A DNA stretch of 64,000 nt, taken from NCBI GenBank assembly GCA_963823505.1, contig CAWGLY010000005.1, forward strand, positions 1,218,370 to 1,282,369. Reading direction: 5' to 3'. Origin of the DNA: an uncultured Acidimicrobiia bacterium. Lineage in GTDB: Bacteria; Actinomycetota; Acidimicrobiia; Spongiisociales; UBA5794. Shown in pieces: positions 37,667 to 48,132 of this stretch (within the stretch, counting starts at the first letter, position 1; each line of letters begins with the position of its first letter). The translations under genes were made by a program, and so were the position numbers. The notes below the pieces were generated by a model. The model saw only the letters and a program-made list of their open reading frames with translations. It made no database searches and was not told the DNA's origin.

Positions 37667-38986
37667 TCAGCCTTGGGCCGGGATCTCGCACGTGGGTTGT
37701 GCCCCGCCGCTGCCCGCAAACCCGTCCCACACTTCGGGGTCGTGGCTGGGGGCGCCGCCGGGTTCATCGGTGGTGACGAACCGCACAAGCGCCCGGTACA
37801 ACGCCGCTGCATAGGCGTGCTGGAACTCGGGAGTCTGGAGTAGCGCGGCCTCGTCGGGATTGGAGATGTAGGCGCCCTCGGCGATGACCGCAGGCACCCG
37901 GGACGCTTTGAGCACGCCGTAGTACTGACTCACGCCGTCCCGCGGGCTGATCCGGGATTTGGCGCCCAACTCGATCGCTCCGACCCACATTGCATCAAAG
38001 GCTTGAAACCCGCGCCGCATCTCCTCGACGATGAGGGTCGCCAACCGCCGTGAAGGCTCATAGACAGGGGCCTGTGACTGGTAATACACGTCGCTGCCTG
38101 GAGCGTTGAGATCGACCTCTTGCCCTGCGTTGTTGTGGATGGAGACCATCGCGTGGGCGCCTGCAGAATTGGCGACTGCGGCCCGGAAGTCGAGGCCGGC
38201 TTCGTAGTCGGCGGCGTCGCCCAGCCCAGCACGAGTCACGATCACGGTCCGGGCGGCGGGAATGTCCGCTCCCTCGAGGATGAGACCGGTCTCCCAGTCG
38301 ACGGACCGTGGCGAGGCGAGGAGGTCCCGGAGCCGAGCCGCGATATCCACGTTGACGAATTTCTCGGCCAGGCCATCCTGGCCGACCGCCCCGATGTTGG
38401 CAGGACCTCCATGGCCGGGGTCAACCACGATGACGGCGTCTCCGAAGCTGAATCCCTCGCCAACCGTTTGCTCGGCATCTCCTTGTGGCAACGCAGCCAC
38501 CTCGGCGGCCCGTACCCACGCCACCCCGTCACACATGTGGAACACCCGAATCCAATCGCGATCGCGACTGAAACCGCGGCCGGCGAGGACGACGCCCTCC
38601 CGCACCCGCATGAACGGGGGCTGGTCGGGGGCCGATACCAGATCGGCACCACCCGCCGCCACGAGCAGCGCACCGTTCCCTACCCAATCTTGTGGAACGC
38701 CGGCCGCAGGAGGCTCCGGGTGCGGCGGCGGCGCCGCCGGGATCAGAAACGGCTCGCCAGCCATCGTGGTCGTCGTCGTGGTGGCGCTCGTCGACGTCGT
38801 CGTCACCAACGTGGTCGGCGGCACCGACGTGGCCGAGGACGATTGGGCAACAATCGACGTCGTCGGCGCTTCTGGGCTGGCCTCGGAGTTGGCCCGCAGC
38901 ACGAGCACGGCCCCTACCCCGACGAGTCCGAGGGCGGCGACGACGATGAGGGTGCGGCGGATCACGGTTGGGCCGGAATCTGACAT
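37667..38986 (-). CDS. N-acetylmuramoyl-L-alanine amidase (Amidase_3) with N-terminal TM and Thr/Ser-rich linker, paralog 2
   Basis: VIVVDPGHGGPANIGAVGQDGLAEKFVNVDIA and C-terminal VIAEGAYISNPDE match the Amidase_3 pattern. Confidence 0.7.
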   Translation of the reverse strand: MSDSGPTVIRRTLIVVAALGLVGVGAVLVLRANSEASPEAPTTSIVAQSSSATSVPPTTLVTTTSTSATTTTTTMAGEPFLIPAAPPPHPEPPAAGVPQDWVGNGALLVAAGGADLVSAPDQPPFMRVREGVVLAGRGFSRDRDWIRVFHMCDGVAWVRAAEVAALPQGDAEQTVGEGFSFGDAVIVVDPGHGGPANIGAVGQDGLAEKFVNVDIAARLRDLLASPRSVDWETGLILEGADIPAARTVIVTRAGLGDAADYEAGLDFRAAVANSAGAHAMVSIHNNAGQEVDLNAPGSDVYYQSQAPVYEPSRRLATLIVEEMRRGFQAFDAMWVGAIELGAKSRISPRDGVSQYYGVLKASRVPAVIAEGAYISNPDEAALLQTPEFQHAYAAALYRALVRFVTTDEPGGAPSHDPEVWDGFAGSGGAQPTCEIPAQG

Positions 38987-40131
38987 GCGGACGAGTCCAC
39001 GGTACCGGCGTCGTCTGGGAAGGGCTCGGGATCGCGGATACCGGTCCCCTCCTCGGTCGTGGTGAGGAAGCGCACGATGCCGCGGTAGACGCCGTCGGCG
39101 TATGCCTGCCGAAACTCTTCCGTGTCGAGCAGCGCTTCCTCTTCGGGCTCGCTGATGTAGATTCCCTCGACGATGACAGCCGGCATCTCCGCTCTGCGCA
39201 GGACTCCGTAGTAGTCCTCGCCGGTGTCGGGATCGACCCGAGCACGAGCGCCGAGCAGTTCACCTCCGGTCCAATTGGCGGAGAACCCGGAGAAGCTCCG
39301 CAGCATCTCCTCGTAGATCAGCGAGGCCAGACGATCGGAGTCTTCCGCGCCGACGGCGTAGAAGACCTCCGTGCCGGGGATGTCGGTCGTGATCTTGGGT
39401 ACCGTGTTGTTGTGGATGGAGACATAGGCATCGGCTCCGGCACTGTTCGCAAACTCAGCTCGAAACGCCAGCCCGAGCTCGAAGTCTCCGCCGTTCGGCC
39501 CTGAGCGATCCCGAGTCAGCCAGACCGTCCCGAACGGGGGAACCGCCGAGCCGGATTGAATGTCTCCCGTCGCCCAATCGACATCGTGCGACGTACTCAT
39601 GAGGGTGCGGACTCGTTCGGCGATATCGAGGTTCACCGCCTTCTCGGCAAGACCGTTGGGTCCCACACCACCCCAGTCGCGGTCACCATGGCCAGGGTCC
39701 AGCACGATGACGGCTTGCGTCAGGTCGAAGCCGGGTCCCGGCACTCCCCGGGTCGCCTGTGCCGTGACCTCCACCGCATCCTCCTGTACCCATGCCGTGT
39801 CGTTGCAGGTCGTCACGACTTCGAGCCATTCACCGGATCGTGCGCCGAACCCCATCGCAATGCCTTCGTGAACCCGTACCAACTCCTCGCCGTCCGGGCT
39901 CAGCAGCAGCGGGGCACCCCCAGGCGGGACCACGACAACGCCCTCCGTCGGTGGCGCAGCTTCAACCGCCGGAGTCTCGGCCGGCGGGATCGTGGTGCTG
40001 AGCTTCGGTTGAGACGCTGCCGCGACGGCGCCGAACGGCGCACCCTCGCCAATCGCAGGCTCGCTGGACGCACAACCGCCCATGGCGACCGCGAACGCGA
40101 CGAGCCCAACTGAGATGGTGCGGCGCAACAT
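38962..40131 (-). CDS. N-acetylmuramoyl-L-alanine amidase (Amidase_3) lipoprotein, paralog 1
   Basis: Lipobox AMGGCASS. VIVLDPGHGDRDWGGVGPNGLAEKAVNLDIA and VIVEGIYISEPEE. Overlaps the downstream paralog by 25 bp. Confidence 0.7.
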   Translation of the reverse strand: MLRRTISVGLVAFAVAMGGCASSEPAIGEGAPFGAVAAASQPKLSTTIPPAETPAVEAAPPTEGVVVVPPGGAPLLLSPDGEELVRVHEGIAMGFGARSGEWLEVVTTCNDTAWVQEDAVEVTAQATRGVPGPGFDLTQAVIVLDPGHGDRDWGGVGPNGLAEKAVNLDIAERVRTLMSTSHDVDWATGDIQSGSAVPPFGTVWLTRDRSGPNGGDFELGLAFRAEFANSAGADAYVSIHNNTVPKITTDIPGTEVFYAVGAEDSDRLASLIYEEMLRSFSGFSANWTGGELLGARARVDPDTGEDYYGVLRRAEMPAVIVEGIYISEPEEEALLDTEEFRQAYADGVYRGIVRFLTTTEEGTGIRDPEPFPDDAGTVDSSACQIPAQP

Positions 40132-40196
40132 GACCCTCGATTCCAGATGCTCCGGCCGGCGCCGAGTATCCCACCGTCACGCCACAATGCGGCGGA

Positions 40197-41744
40197 TTAG
40201 AGCGCCCTGGTGACCGACTTCATCTCCATGAACAGCCTGAGGTAGTCGGGGCCGCCTGCTTTGGCGTTCGACCCGGACATCTTGAAGCCGCCGAACGGCT
40301 GAATTCCCACGAGGGCGCCGGTGATCTTGCGGTTGATGTAGAGGTTGCCCACATGGAATTCCCGCCGGGCTCGCTCGATCCGCCCCTCGTCGGTGGAGAA
40401 GAGGCCGCCGGTGAGCCCGAACTCGGTGTCGTTGGCGATCGTGAGGGCATCGTCGAAGTCGCTCGCCCGGATGACGGAGAGCACCGGTCCGAAGATCTCG
40501 TGCTGCGCGAGGCGAGCGTGCGGGTTCACATCGGCGAACACGGTGGGCTGGATGTAGTAGCCCCCGTCGAGATCGACCGGCTTGCCGCCGGCTACGAGTC
40601 GTGCCTCATGTTCGCCCATCTGGATCTCGCTGAGAATGGCCCGGTGCTGCGCCGCCGAGATCACAGGTCCGACGGCGACATTCTGTTCCGGACTCCCGAT
40701 CTCGAGGGCGGTGACTCTGTCGATCACGCGATCGAGGAGGTCGTCGTGGACTGCATCGACGGCGATGAGCCTGCTGCACGCCGAGCACTTCTGACCTTGG
40801 AACCCGTAGGCGCTGCGCACGACGCCGTCGGCTGCGGCATCGAGGTCGGCGGTCTCATCGACGATGATGGCGTCTTTGCCGCCCATCTCCATGAACGCCC
40901 GCTTGAGCCAGTGTTGCCCGGGATGCACGGTGGCCGATCGTTTGGCGATCCTGAGCCCGACTTCCTTCGATCCCGTGAAGTTGATGAAGCGGGTCCTGGG
41001 GTGGTCGACCAGCGTGTCGCCGATCTCCCCCCCGGAGCCGGGGACGAAGTTGATGACGCCGGGCGGGAGGCCGGCCTCGGTCGCCATCTCGACAAACCGG
41101 GCCCCCAGCACTGCCGTGTTCGATGCGGGCTTCACGATCACGGTGTTGCCCGCAGCGACCGGACCGACCGCCATGCCCACGAGGATGGCGACGGGGAAGT
41201 TCCACGGCGGGATGGCGACTCCGGCGCCCATCGCAACGAGGAACGAATCGTTGGTTTCGCCGGGGTATTCACCGACGGGCACGGGCTCAGCGAGGCGGAG
41301 GGCCTGATGGGCGTAGTAGCGACAGAAGTCGATCGCCTCAGCCACATCGGCTTCGGACTCGGCGTAGTTCTTCCCGGCCTCGAACGTCATCCACGCCGCC
41401 AGCTCGAACTTGTGACGTGCCATGACGTCGCCGATGCGGTGGATGACTTCCGCCCGCTCGGCAGCAGGTGTTCCCGACCACGACGGGAACGCGTCCCACG
41501 CCGATTCCAGCGCATCGACGGCGATCTCGCGACTTGCGGAGCCGGCCACGCCCACGACCTGGTTGGGCCGTGCCGGATTGACCGAAACGATGGTCGTGTC
41601 CGTCGCTACGTTGCGGCCGCCGATGACCACCGGGGCTTCCCTGCCCAGCTCTGACGCAACGGCGGCGAGTGCGGCTTGGTACGTGGCGCGGTTCGCCGGA
41701 TCGGTGAAATCGGAATACGGTTCGACACGGTACGGAACGAGCAC
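40197..41744 (-). CDS. rocA: L-glutamate gamma-semialdehyde (1-pyrroline-5-carboxylate) dehydrogenase, ALDH family
   Basis: 515 aa. ALDH catalytic FQGQKCSACSR (Cys) and EMGGKD (Glu) motifs; length and N-terminus match the RocA-type P5CDH. Confidence 0.75.
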   Translation of the reverse strand: MLVPYRVEPYSDFTDPANRATYQAALAAVASELGREAPVVIGGRNVATDTTIVSVNPARPNQVVGVAGSASREIAVDALESAWDAFPSWSGTPAAERAEVIHRIGDVMARHKFELAAWMTFEAGKNYAESEADVAEAIDFCRYYAHQALRLAEPVPVGEYPGETNDSFLVAMGAGVAIPPWNFPVAILVGMAVGPVAAGNTVIVKPASNTAVLGARFVEMATEAGLPPGVINFVPGSGGEIGDTLVDHPRTRFINFTGSKEVGLRIAKRSATVHPGQHWLKRAFMEMGGKDAIIVDETADLDAAADGVVRSAYGFQGQKCSACSRLIAVDAVHDDLLDRVIDRVTALEIGSPEQNVAVGPVISAAQHRAILSEIQMGEHEARLVAGGKPVDLDGGYYIQPTVFADVNPHARLAQHEIFGPVLSVIRASDFDDALTIANDTEFGLTGGLFSTDEGRIERARREFHVGNLYINRKITGALVGIQPFGGFKMSGSNAKAGGPDYLRLFMEMKSVTRAL

Positions 41745-41807
41745 CTGGGGGACCTCCTGTCGCGCACGCTTGAGACTAACCGCGCCGTCTCCGAGGGCGC
41801 CGGGCCG

Positions 41808-42449
41808 TTAGAAGTTCCGCGTGCGGCGAAGGATGGCGACAACCTCAGAATCGCTGGTCTGGCCGAAGTCGCGATACCACGAGCCCACGGCATCGAACCG
41901 GCGTGGCTGGAGAGGGCACACGACCGCGTCACAGTGCTTCCCCAGCATCGCCACGGCAGAAGGCGGGGCAACCGGGACCGCACAGATGAGCGTCGCAGAC
42001 CCGGCGGCGCGCAACGCTTGGAGCACTGCCGCCAGAGTCGCCCCGGTGGCGACACCGTCGTCGACCACCACCACGCTGCGCCCGTCGAGCACAGGTGCCG
42101 GGCCTTCCCGATAGCGCCGGGCACGACGCTCCATCTCGGTCCGTTCCCGCACCATTGCCTCTTCGATCCAGTCCTCGGGTACACGAAGCCGCTCCGTCAG
42201 ATCCCTGTTGATCCACACCGCACCGCCTTCGGCGATTGCACCGATGGCGAGCTCTGCGTTGAACGGCGCCCCGAGCTTCCGCGCCAACGCAACGTCGAGC
42301 GGAAGCCCAAGGACGTCGGCAACGGCTGCTGCGACCACCACGCCGCCGCGAGGCACGCCGAGCACGAGCGAGCCGGTCCAGCTGAGACCCGATTCCTCGA
42401 TGGCGCCGGCAAGGGCCACACCGGCTTCGTGCCGGTTGCGATACGTCAT
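41808..42449 (-). CDS. Phosphoribosyltransferase-domain protein
   Basis: PRTase fold signature VVVVDDGVATGATL. Start at MTYRNRHEAG (42449); the ORF caller extends to 42551. Confidence 0.6.
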   Translation of the reverse strand: MTYRNRHEAGVALAGAIEESGLSWTGSLVLGVPRGGVVVAAAVADVLGLPLDVALARKLGAPFNAELAIGAIAEGGAVWINRDLTERLRVPEDWIEEAMVRERTEMERRARRYREGPAPVLDGRSVVVVDDGVATGATLAAVLQALRAAGSATLICAVPVAPPSAVAMLGKHCDAVVCPLQPRRFDAVGSWYRDFGQTSDSEVVAILRRTRNF

Positions 42450-42670
42450 GTGACCCACGGTATACCGGCAACGCCGCCGCCGACCATGGGCAATCGTCAC
42501 GATCTGCGGCTGCAGCACCCTGTCGAGCCATTGCCGCTCAGCAGCGGGCACACAGCCAGGTTTGCGTCCACTTGGCCGAAGAGCCTTCTGCCGTCTGTCC
42601 CACGGTCCCAGCGCAACCCATGACCGGTGGAGGAGTTCCTTTCAGAACCTGCGGAGTAACCTGAATCGCG

Positions 42671-43591
42671 ATGCGCCGCCTCCTCCTCGTTGCCAACCCA
42701 TCTGCCTCGGCTTTCACAGGAGCCCTCCACCGCCATGTCGTCTCCGACCTGGGTGAGACGTTCGAGGTCACGCCGGTGTGGCCGAACAGCGCGGACGAGG
42801 CTCGCCAGATGGCAGTTGATGCGGCCGGCGAAGGGTTCGACGTCGTCGTCGCCATGGGCGGTGACGGTGTGGTTCACCATGTCGCCAACGGCGTAGCCCG
42901 CACCGGGACGGCGCTCGGCATCATCCCGGCCGGAACGACCAACGTGGTCGCCCGCATCCTGGGCTTGCCCAGCAAGCCCGGCAAAGCCGCGACCGCCATG
43001 CGCCACTATCCGGTCCGCACCGTGCCGCTGGCCCACCTCGCCACCGACAGCGGGCTCGGCGCCCGGTCCGAGTACGCGGTGTTTGCGGCCGGCATCGGCT
43101 ACGACGCCGAGATGGTGCACATCGCCGAACAGCGCCCGACGTCGAAGTACTACTTCGGCTCCATCCATTACGCCAGGTCGGCGGCTCGTGCGCTGCTCTC
43201 CCGCTATCGGGTTCGCGCTGCCAACCTGCGGGTCAACTGCGACGGGGAGACCGCCGATGCGGTTTCCGCCATGGTGCAGGTCCACGACCCGTACACGTAT
43301 TTCGGGCGAGTACCGATGCGTCTCAGCCCCAGGTCTGGCCCGGGGCTGACCGTTGTTGCCATCGAATCGCTTGCTCTGCCGAGAGCAGTGCCGATCGCGG
43401 CTCGGGCCATGGCGGGGCGGGACCTCACGTCGACCAAAGGGGTGAGGGTGTGGCACGACCCGGCCAAGGTGGTGATCGAGGCCGACCCTTCCGGCCTGTT
43501 CCAGGCCGACGGTGAGTTGCTCGGCTCGACCGATTGGCTGGAGGTCACTCCTGTGGCTGATGGTCTTCGGGTGCTGGGTCCTGCAACCTGA
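42671..43591 (+). CDS. Diacylglycerol-kinase catalytic domain (YegS/LCB5-like lipid kinase)
   Basis: LLVANPSA...FDVVVAMGGDGVVHHVANGV...GIIPAGTTN is the DAGK_cat signature. Confidence 0.75.
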   Translation: MRRLLLVANPSASAFTGALHRHVVSDLGETFEVTPVWPNSADEARQMAVDAAGEGFDVVVAMGGDGVVHHVANGVARTGTALGIIPAGTTNVVARILGLPSKPGKAATAMRHYPVRTVPLAHLATDSGLGARSEYAVFAAGIGYDAEMVHIAEQRPTSKYYFGSIHYARSAARALLSRYRVRAANLRVNCDGETADAVSAMVQVHDPYTYFGRVPMRLSPRSGPGLTVVAIESLALPRAVPIAARAMAGRDLTSTKGVRVWHDPAKVVIEADPSGLFQADGELLGSTDWLEVTPVADGLRVLGPAT

Positions 43592-44441
43592 CCGATTCCG
43601 GCGTCACCATCGTCATGTGGGGATACGGGATGGCGATGCCTTCGTGATCGAATCGCCGCTTGATTCTCCGCAGGAACTCGCGGCGGGCGTTCCATCGGTC
43701 TGCAGGTCTGACGCGAAGCGTGAGTCGCACGAGCACTGCTGAGTCTGCGAGCTCCTGAACCCCAAGCATCTCGGGTGGCGACAGGAATGTCCCCTCCCAC
43801 TCAGCATCCTCGTAGAAGCTCATCGCCTCGTCCGTGACCACGCCGATGACCTCGTCGACGTCTGCGTCGTAGGAGATGCCGAGGTCGACCACGATCTGGG
43901 CGTACTCCTGGGTGTAGTTCGTGGCCACCGTCACCTGGCCGTTGGGGACGTGATGGACGTTGCCGTCGAGATCACGCAGCACGGTGGTGCGCAGCCGGAT
44001 CTCGTCGACGCGACCGCTGACGCCCGCAATCAGCACGACGTCATCGATCCCGTACTGGTCCTCGGCGATGATGAAGAGGCCCGCGATCACGTCCTTGACC
44101 AGATCCTGGGCGCCCAAGCCGATGGCGATGCCGATGACGGAACCCAAAGCAAGGAAGGGTGTCGTCGGGATGCCCCAGATGGCGAACGTGATCAGCACCA
44201 GGGCGCCGAACAGGACCAGCGTGAGGAAGATCCGCCCAACCGACCAGAGCGTCGTGATGCGTTGAGCACGTTCGTCCCCCTGCACGCTGTTGCGGTCCGT
44301 CTCCTTGCTGACGAGCCGGTCGAGCAGGCGCCGCCCGACACGATCGAACACCAGCCACAACACGGCCACCGCAAGGACCGCGATTACCGTCTGCACCACA
44401 CCTTCCTGCCACGGAGGGCTGGTTACGGCCAGGTATGTCAT
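43545..44441 (-). CDS. Small-conductance mechanosensitive channel (MscS family)
   Basis: Start MTYLAVTS (44441). Three TM helices followed by the MscS beta-domain (GLFIIAEDQYGIDDVVLIAGVSGRVDEIRLRTTVLRDLDGNVHHVPNGQV). ATG overlaps the upstream GTPase stop (ATGA). Confidence 0.8.
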   Translation of the reverse strand: MTYLAVTSPPWQEGVVQTVIAVLAVAVLWLVFDRVGRRLLDRLVSKETDRNSVQGDERAQRITTLWSVGRIFLTLVLFGALVLITFAIWGIPTTPFLALGSVIGIAIGLGAQDLVKDVIAGLFIIAEDQYGIDDVVLIAGVSGRVDEIRLRTTVLRDLDGNVHHVPNGQVTVATNYTQEYAQIVVDLGISYDADVDEVIGVVTDEAMSFYEDAEWEGTFLSPPEMLGVQELADSAVLVRLTLRVRPADRWNARREFLRRIKRRFDHEGIAIPYPHMTMVTPESVRLQDPAPEDHQPQE

Positions 44442-45625
44442 GCGAGCGTCACTTCGAATCGCGAGGCAACCTGGCGGACCCCGATATGGGCATACGCAAC
44501 GAGCGCTGCGTAGTAGCTGCGCTCCCACACCATCGTGCGCAGGGGAGACCCCAGTTCGTCGTCGAGCAGCGTGCGGGCGCGACTGATGTCGTCCTCGCTC
44601 ACGGCGTGCTGGGCCTGCGTCATCGCCGACATGATGACGGCGTGGTCGAGCTCGTGCCGCATGCGGTCGCCGATGTGACCACCGACCTCCGCCGCCGACG
44701 CGGCTACGAGATCTTCGACGCGACAGAGCGCATCCTCGCTCGGCGCCTGACTCGCCGGTCGCAGTGCGGTGATCGCCGCCTCGCGGGTGACGGTCCAGCG
44801 GCCTCCCAGGCGAATGCTGCCGCCCTTCCACACCCCCGCGGCCAAGCCGAGCTCCTTGACGATCCCGGCAAGATCGGCAAGCAGCTTCCCGTAGCTCGTT
44901 CGCTTGCGGTCGAGCCGGGTCCCGAGGAAGGCGACGAGCGCATCGATCCCCACCGGCTCCCCGGACGGTGGAGCGGCTGCCACGGGAAACAGCGGCGAGG
45001 CGCCGTAGCCGAGATCGTCGAGCAACCGACGGACGTGGCCTGTAACGGACTCCCTTTCTGCTTCCTCCAGCTTGTCGACCTTGTTGAGGACGAACGCCGT
45101 CTGGGCGGCGTATCCGTGGAGCGGGGCGAGGAACTGCTCATGCAGCTCCGGGTCGTGGTACTTCTGCGGGTCGAGGACCCACACGAGGCCATCCACCCTC
45201 GGTATCAACTGCTCGACGACGACGCGATGGTCGATTGCTATCGAGTCCATGTCGGGCATGTCGATGAGCGCCACCCCATCGAGATTCTCGTGGGTGCTGC
45301 GCTCGGAGATGCCCAGTTCGTCCAGCACCGCGGCTATCGCCGGGTCGCCGTCAGCGGGAACCCACGCCAGCGGCCGCTCCGTGTGGGGACGGAGCCGGCC
45401 CACGGACGCTATCTCCGCACCGGCGACCGCATTCAGCACGCTCGACTTGCCGCTGCCCGTGCCGCCTGCCAGCGCCAGCAGCAGCGCAGAGTGGGCTCGA
45501 GCGCCGCGGGTTCGCAGTTCGTCGAGTGAATCCACCGCACGCCGCCGCACGGTATCGGGCACAAACCCCTCGGCCCGCCGCACCACGAGATCGGCGGCAT
45601 CAAAGGCTTCCTGCAAGTCACGCAT
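44438..45625 (-). CDS. P-loop GTPase (dynamin-like/TRAFAC class), paired
   Basis: G1 GGTGSGKSSVLNA, G3-like LIDMPD, G4 LNKVDK, then a helical C-terminus. Start at MRDLQEAF (45625); the ORF caller extends to 45775 with a basic tail that looks non-coding. Confidence 0.65.
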   Translation of the reverse strand: MRDLQEAFDAADLVVRRAEGFVPDTVRRRAVDSLDELRTRGARAHSALLLALAGGTGSGKSSVLNAVAGAEIASVGRLRPHTERPLAWVPADGDPAIAAVLDELGISERSTHENLDGVALIDMPDMDSIAIDHRVVVEQLIPRVDGLVWVLDPQKYHDPELHEQFLAPLHGYAAQTAFVLNKVDKLEEAERESVTGHVRRLLDDLGYGASPLFPVAAAPPSGEPVGIDALVAFLGTRLDRKRTSYGKLLADLAGIVKELGLAAGVWKGGSIRLGGRWTVTREAAITALRPASQAPSEDALCRVEDLVAASAAEVGGHIGDRMRHELDHAVIMSAMTQAQHAVSEDDISRARTLLDDELGSPLRTMVWERSYYAALVAYAHIGVRQVASRFEVTLA

Positions 45626-47207
45626 CGGTGGCCGCCTCGCCGGCGTCCGCCGCCGCATGCGCCTCGGGAGCGTCCGCACCCTCGAGCGTTTCCTGTGCTT
45701 CCGGCGTGTCGGTGACATCCTCCGTTCCGAGCGCTCCAAGCCCTTCGGGTACCTCAGGCGTCTCCGGTGCTTCATGTTGCGGGTCGCTGTCGAAGGCGGT
45801 CACGAGATCCCGCAACTCGCCAATCGCCTCGGCCGATGGAAGGGTCCCCATACGGCGAATGAATCGTTGTTTGTCCTCCGCTACGACCGTCGCCGCAATC
45901 TCGGCGAGACGGGCGCGGGCCTCCTCAGCCACCTCGTCGAGGTCGTCCTTCAGGCGGCGGCGCACCAACCATCGCGGTTTCGATTCGTCGCCGAGTGCCC
46001 TTGCTCGCACCACGGCGACCACCTGACCGAGTTTGTAGGCGTTGAGTTGGCGCTTGGTGTGCCTGCCGACCAGGGTGCCGAGCTCGCGGTCCCAATCGAG
46101 CAGCTTGTCGCGGGCCGCACGCGCCGTCTCCGGGGGATGGCGCCACAGCTCGTGCCCTGCACCGGCCAGGACGGCCGCCCCGTCGGGGGAGACCTGCCAC
46201 GCCGCCGCAGTGCGCTCGGCCGCCAGCCCAACGCGCCTCGTCACGACTCCAGCAAGACGTTCCGCAACGTCAGGCCACAGCGCCGCAGCCGCTCCGGGCC
46301 CAAGTCCTTCGACGTCGATCATCTCTGCGACAGCTCGAGCGGCGGCATCGTATTCCTCATCGGCGATGGCCAAGAGTCGATCGCCGCTCCTGCGCACTTC
46401 ATCCAGCGGGAACGTCAGGGCGGCGGTGCGATTCACGACCCGCATCGTGCGCTTGCGGAGCGACGGGCCCAACAGCGCGTCGCGGCCCTCGCCTGCCAGC
46501 TCATCCAGGGCAGCGAGCAGGTCTGCGGCGGACCCGTCGTGTCCCTCATCGACGACATACAGCGGGATCGCTACCCCGGCCTCTCGGAGCCGCCGTTCCA
46601 GATCGGACTCGACTTCGCCATCCCTTGCCCCAAAGCGGTTCAGAACCACCCACACCGGTATCGATCGTTTGAGGAGCTGATCGAGCAACGCCCAGGTGGA
46701 TGCATCTGCGTACCGGGCCGGGGTCACGACCAGGAGCACGAGATCCGCCAGACCGAGCACTCGGGTGTTCGTGACCTCGTCGACCGTCGCAGGCAAGTCC
46801 ACGAGGCCGATCGTCTCGGCAACAGGCGCATCGGTGATCCGGGTGTCGAGGGTCGGTGCAGAGGCCTGCATCTTGCGCAACAGCGGGCCGGAGACGGCTC
46901 CGCTGCCCCCCTCGGCGCTGATCAGCGTCGGCACCGTGGTGGTGGGGCGGATCACATCCTCGTCCACCACCTGATCACCGAGGATCCGATTCACGACGTG
47001 GGACTTGCCGACACCGTCCCCCCCTGCGACGGCAATCAGCGCAGGCTCCTCGGGACGTTCGAGTCGAGGCACGACGTACCCTGCGATGGTGCGAACGAGC
47101 AGCCGTCGCTCCTCGTCCATGGCGGGGTCAACGACGGGCAGCAGGTCGAGCACGGCGGCCATTCGCCGCAGCCTCGAGACATCTTCAGGAGATATCGCAC
47201 GCATCAT
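45618..47207 (-). CDS. P-loop GTPase-like protein (degenerate G4), paired with downstream GTPase
   Basis: G1 AGGDGVGKSHVVN and G3-like LVDLPA; NKxD replaced by LNRFG. Long helical C-terminus. Overlaps the partner by 8 bp. Start MMRAIS (47207) or 47276. Confidence 0.55.
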   Translation of the reverse strand: MMRAISPEDVSRLRRMAAVLDLLPVVDPAMDEERRLLVRTIAGYVVPRLERPEEPALIAVAGGDGVGKSHVVNRILGDQVVDEDVIRPTTTVPTLISAEGGSGAVSGPLLRKMQASAPTLDTRITDAPVAETIGLVDLPATVDEVTNTRVLGLADLVLLVVTPARYADASTWALLDQLLKRSIPVWVVLNRFGARDGEVESDLERRLREAGVAIPLYVVDEGHDGSAADLLAALDELAGEGRDALLGPSLRKRTMRVVNRTAALTFPLDEVRRSGDRLLAIADEEYDAAARAVAEMIDVEGLGPGAAAALWPDVAERLAGVVTRRVGLAAERTAAAWQVSPDGAAVLAGAGHELWRHPPETARAARDKLLDWDRELGTLVGRHTKRQLNAYKLGQVVAVVRARALGDESKPRWLVRRRLKDDLDEVAEEARARLAEIAATVVAEDKQRFIRRMGTLPSAEAIGELRDLVTAFDSDPQHEAPETPEVPEGLGALGTEDVTDTPEAQETLEGADAPEAHAAADAGEAATDA

Positions 47208-47247
47208 CCGGATTACACCACACCAGCCGACACCATTCTGCTGCGGC

Positions 47248-48090
47248 TCACAAGCCGGCGAACAGATCGGTCGCACCCTCGGGCAGCGTGGTGACGGCGT
47301 GAAGAACCTCGAAGTCCTCGAATGGGTAGGCGGCGGCGACGACCTCCGTCGGCAGTTTGAACCAGAAGCCCTCAGGATCCACTTGGGTGCGATGGGCCCG
47401 CAAGGCGCTCCGTCCCACCTCCAGCCATGGGGTCACGTCGACATGCACCAGGTGCTTGCCGTCGTCCGTGGCCCCGTCGAGGTTGGCGATCCATCGTTCA
47501 AAAGGTGATTCCAGACCGCGTCTGATGGCGGCGTCGTGCAGGGCCATGAGCCGCCGCACCGTGAACACCGGGGCAACAACACGCTCGATCTGCCACGGTG
47601 CACCAGCATCGGGAAAACGGCTCGGATCGGCTGCGGCATCGGCGAGGACAACCGACAGATCATGGACCCTCAGGTGGTCCGGGTGCGGATACCGCTCATG
47701 GTCGTCGTAGCCAAGCACGATCGTTGGCCGCTCCCTGCGAACGATCTCTACCAGCCGACCCAGGACGTCATCGAAGTCGGCGTTGACGAATGCGGCTTCG
47801 TGGACGTTGTCGTCGGTGTCGGGCATCCCGGAGTCGCGGTAGCCGAGCTCAATGACCTCGGTGTATCCAATGATGCGGGCGGCCTCCATCAGCTCCTCGC
47901 GCCGCAACGCGGGCAGATTCGCCTTCACTTCAGGGGTGTCCAGCGCAGGGTTCAGGATGTCGCCCGCTTCGCCGCCTGTGGCCGTGACCAGCACGCAGCG
48001 GACACCTTCGCTCGCGTAGCGGGCTACGGAACCGGCGCCCTTGGAGCTCTCATCGTCGGGATGCGCATGGATGGCCAGGATTGTGTGCAT
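47248..48090 (-). CDS. mca: Mycothiol S-conjugate amidase (LmbE/PIG-L family)
   Basis: AIHAHPDDESSKGAGSVARYASEG...VTATGGEAGDILNP and C-terminal ELFAGL closely follow the Mca pattern (versus MshB). Confidence 0.7.
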   Translation of the reverse strand: MHTILAIHAHPDDESSKGAGSVARYASEGVRCVLVTATGGEAGDILNPALDTPEVKANLPALRREELMEAARIIGYTEVIELGYRDSGMPDTDDNVHEAAFVNADFDDVLGRLVEIVRRERPTIVLGYDDHERYPHPDHLRVHDLSVVLADAAADPSRFPDAGAPWQIERVVAPVFTVRRLMALHDAAIRRGLESPFERWIANLDGATDDGKHLVHVDVTPWLEVGRSALRAHRTQVDPEGFWFKLPTEVVAAAYPFEDFEVLHAVTTLPEGATDLFAGL

Positions 48091-48132
48091 GGGGACCTGG
48101 GAGTATGGCACTCCCCTACCGCCGCAGAGTCG

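Noticed and set aside
45072-47294. 740-aa plus-strand ORF across the GTPase pair
   Set aside because: Ser/Arg/Ala-rich antisense product. The minus strand carries P-loop motifs.
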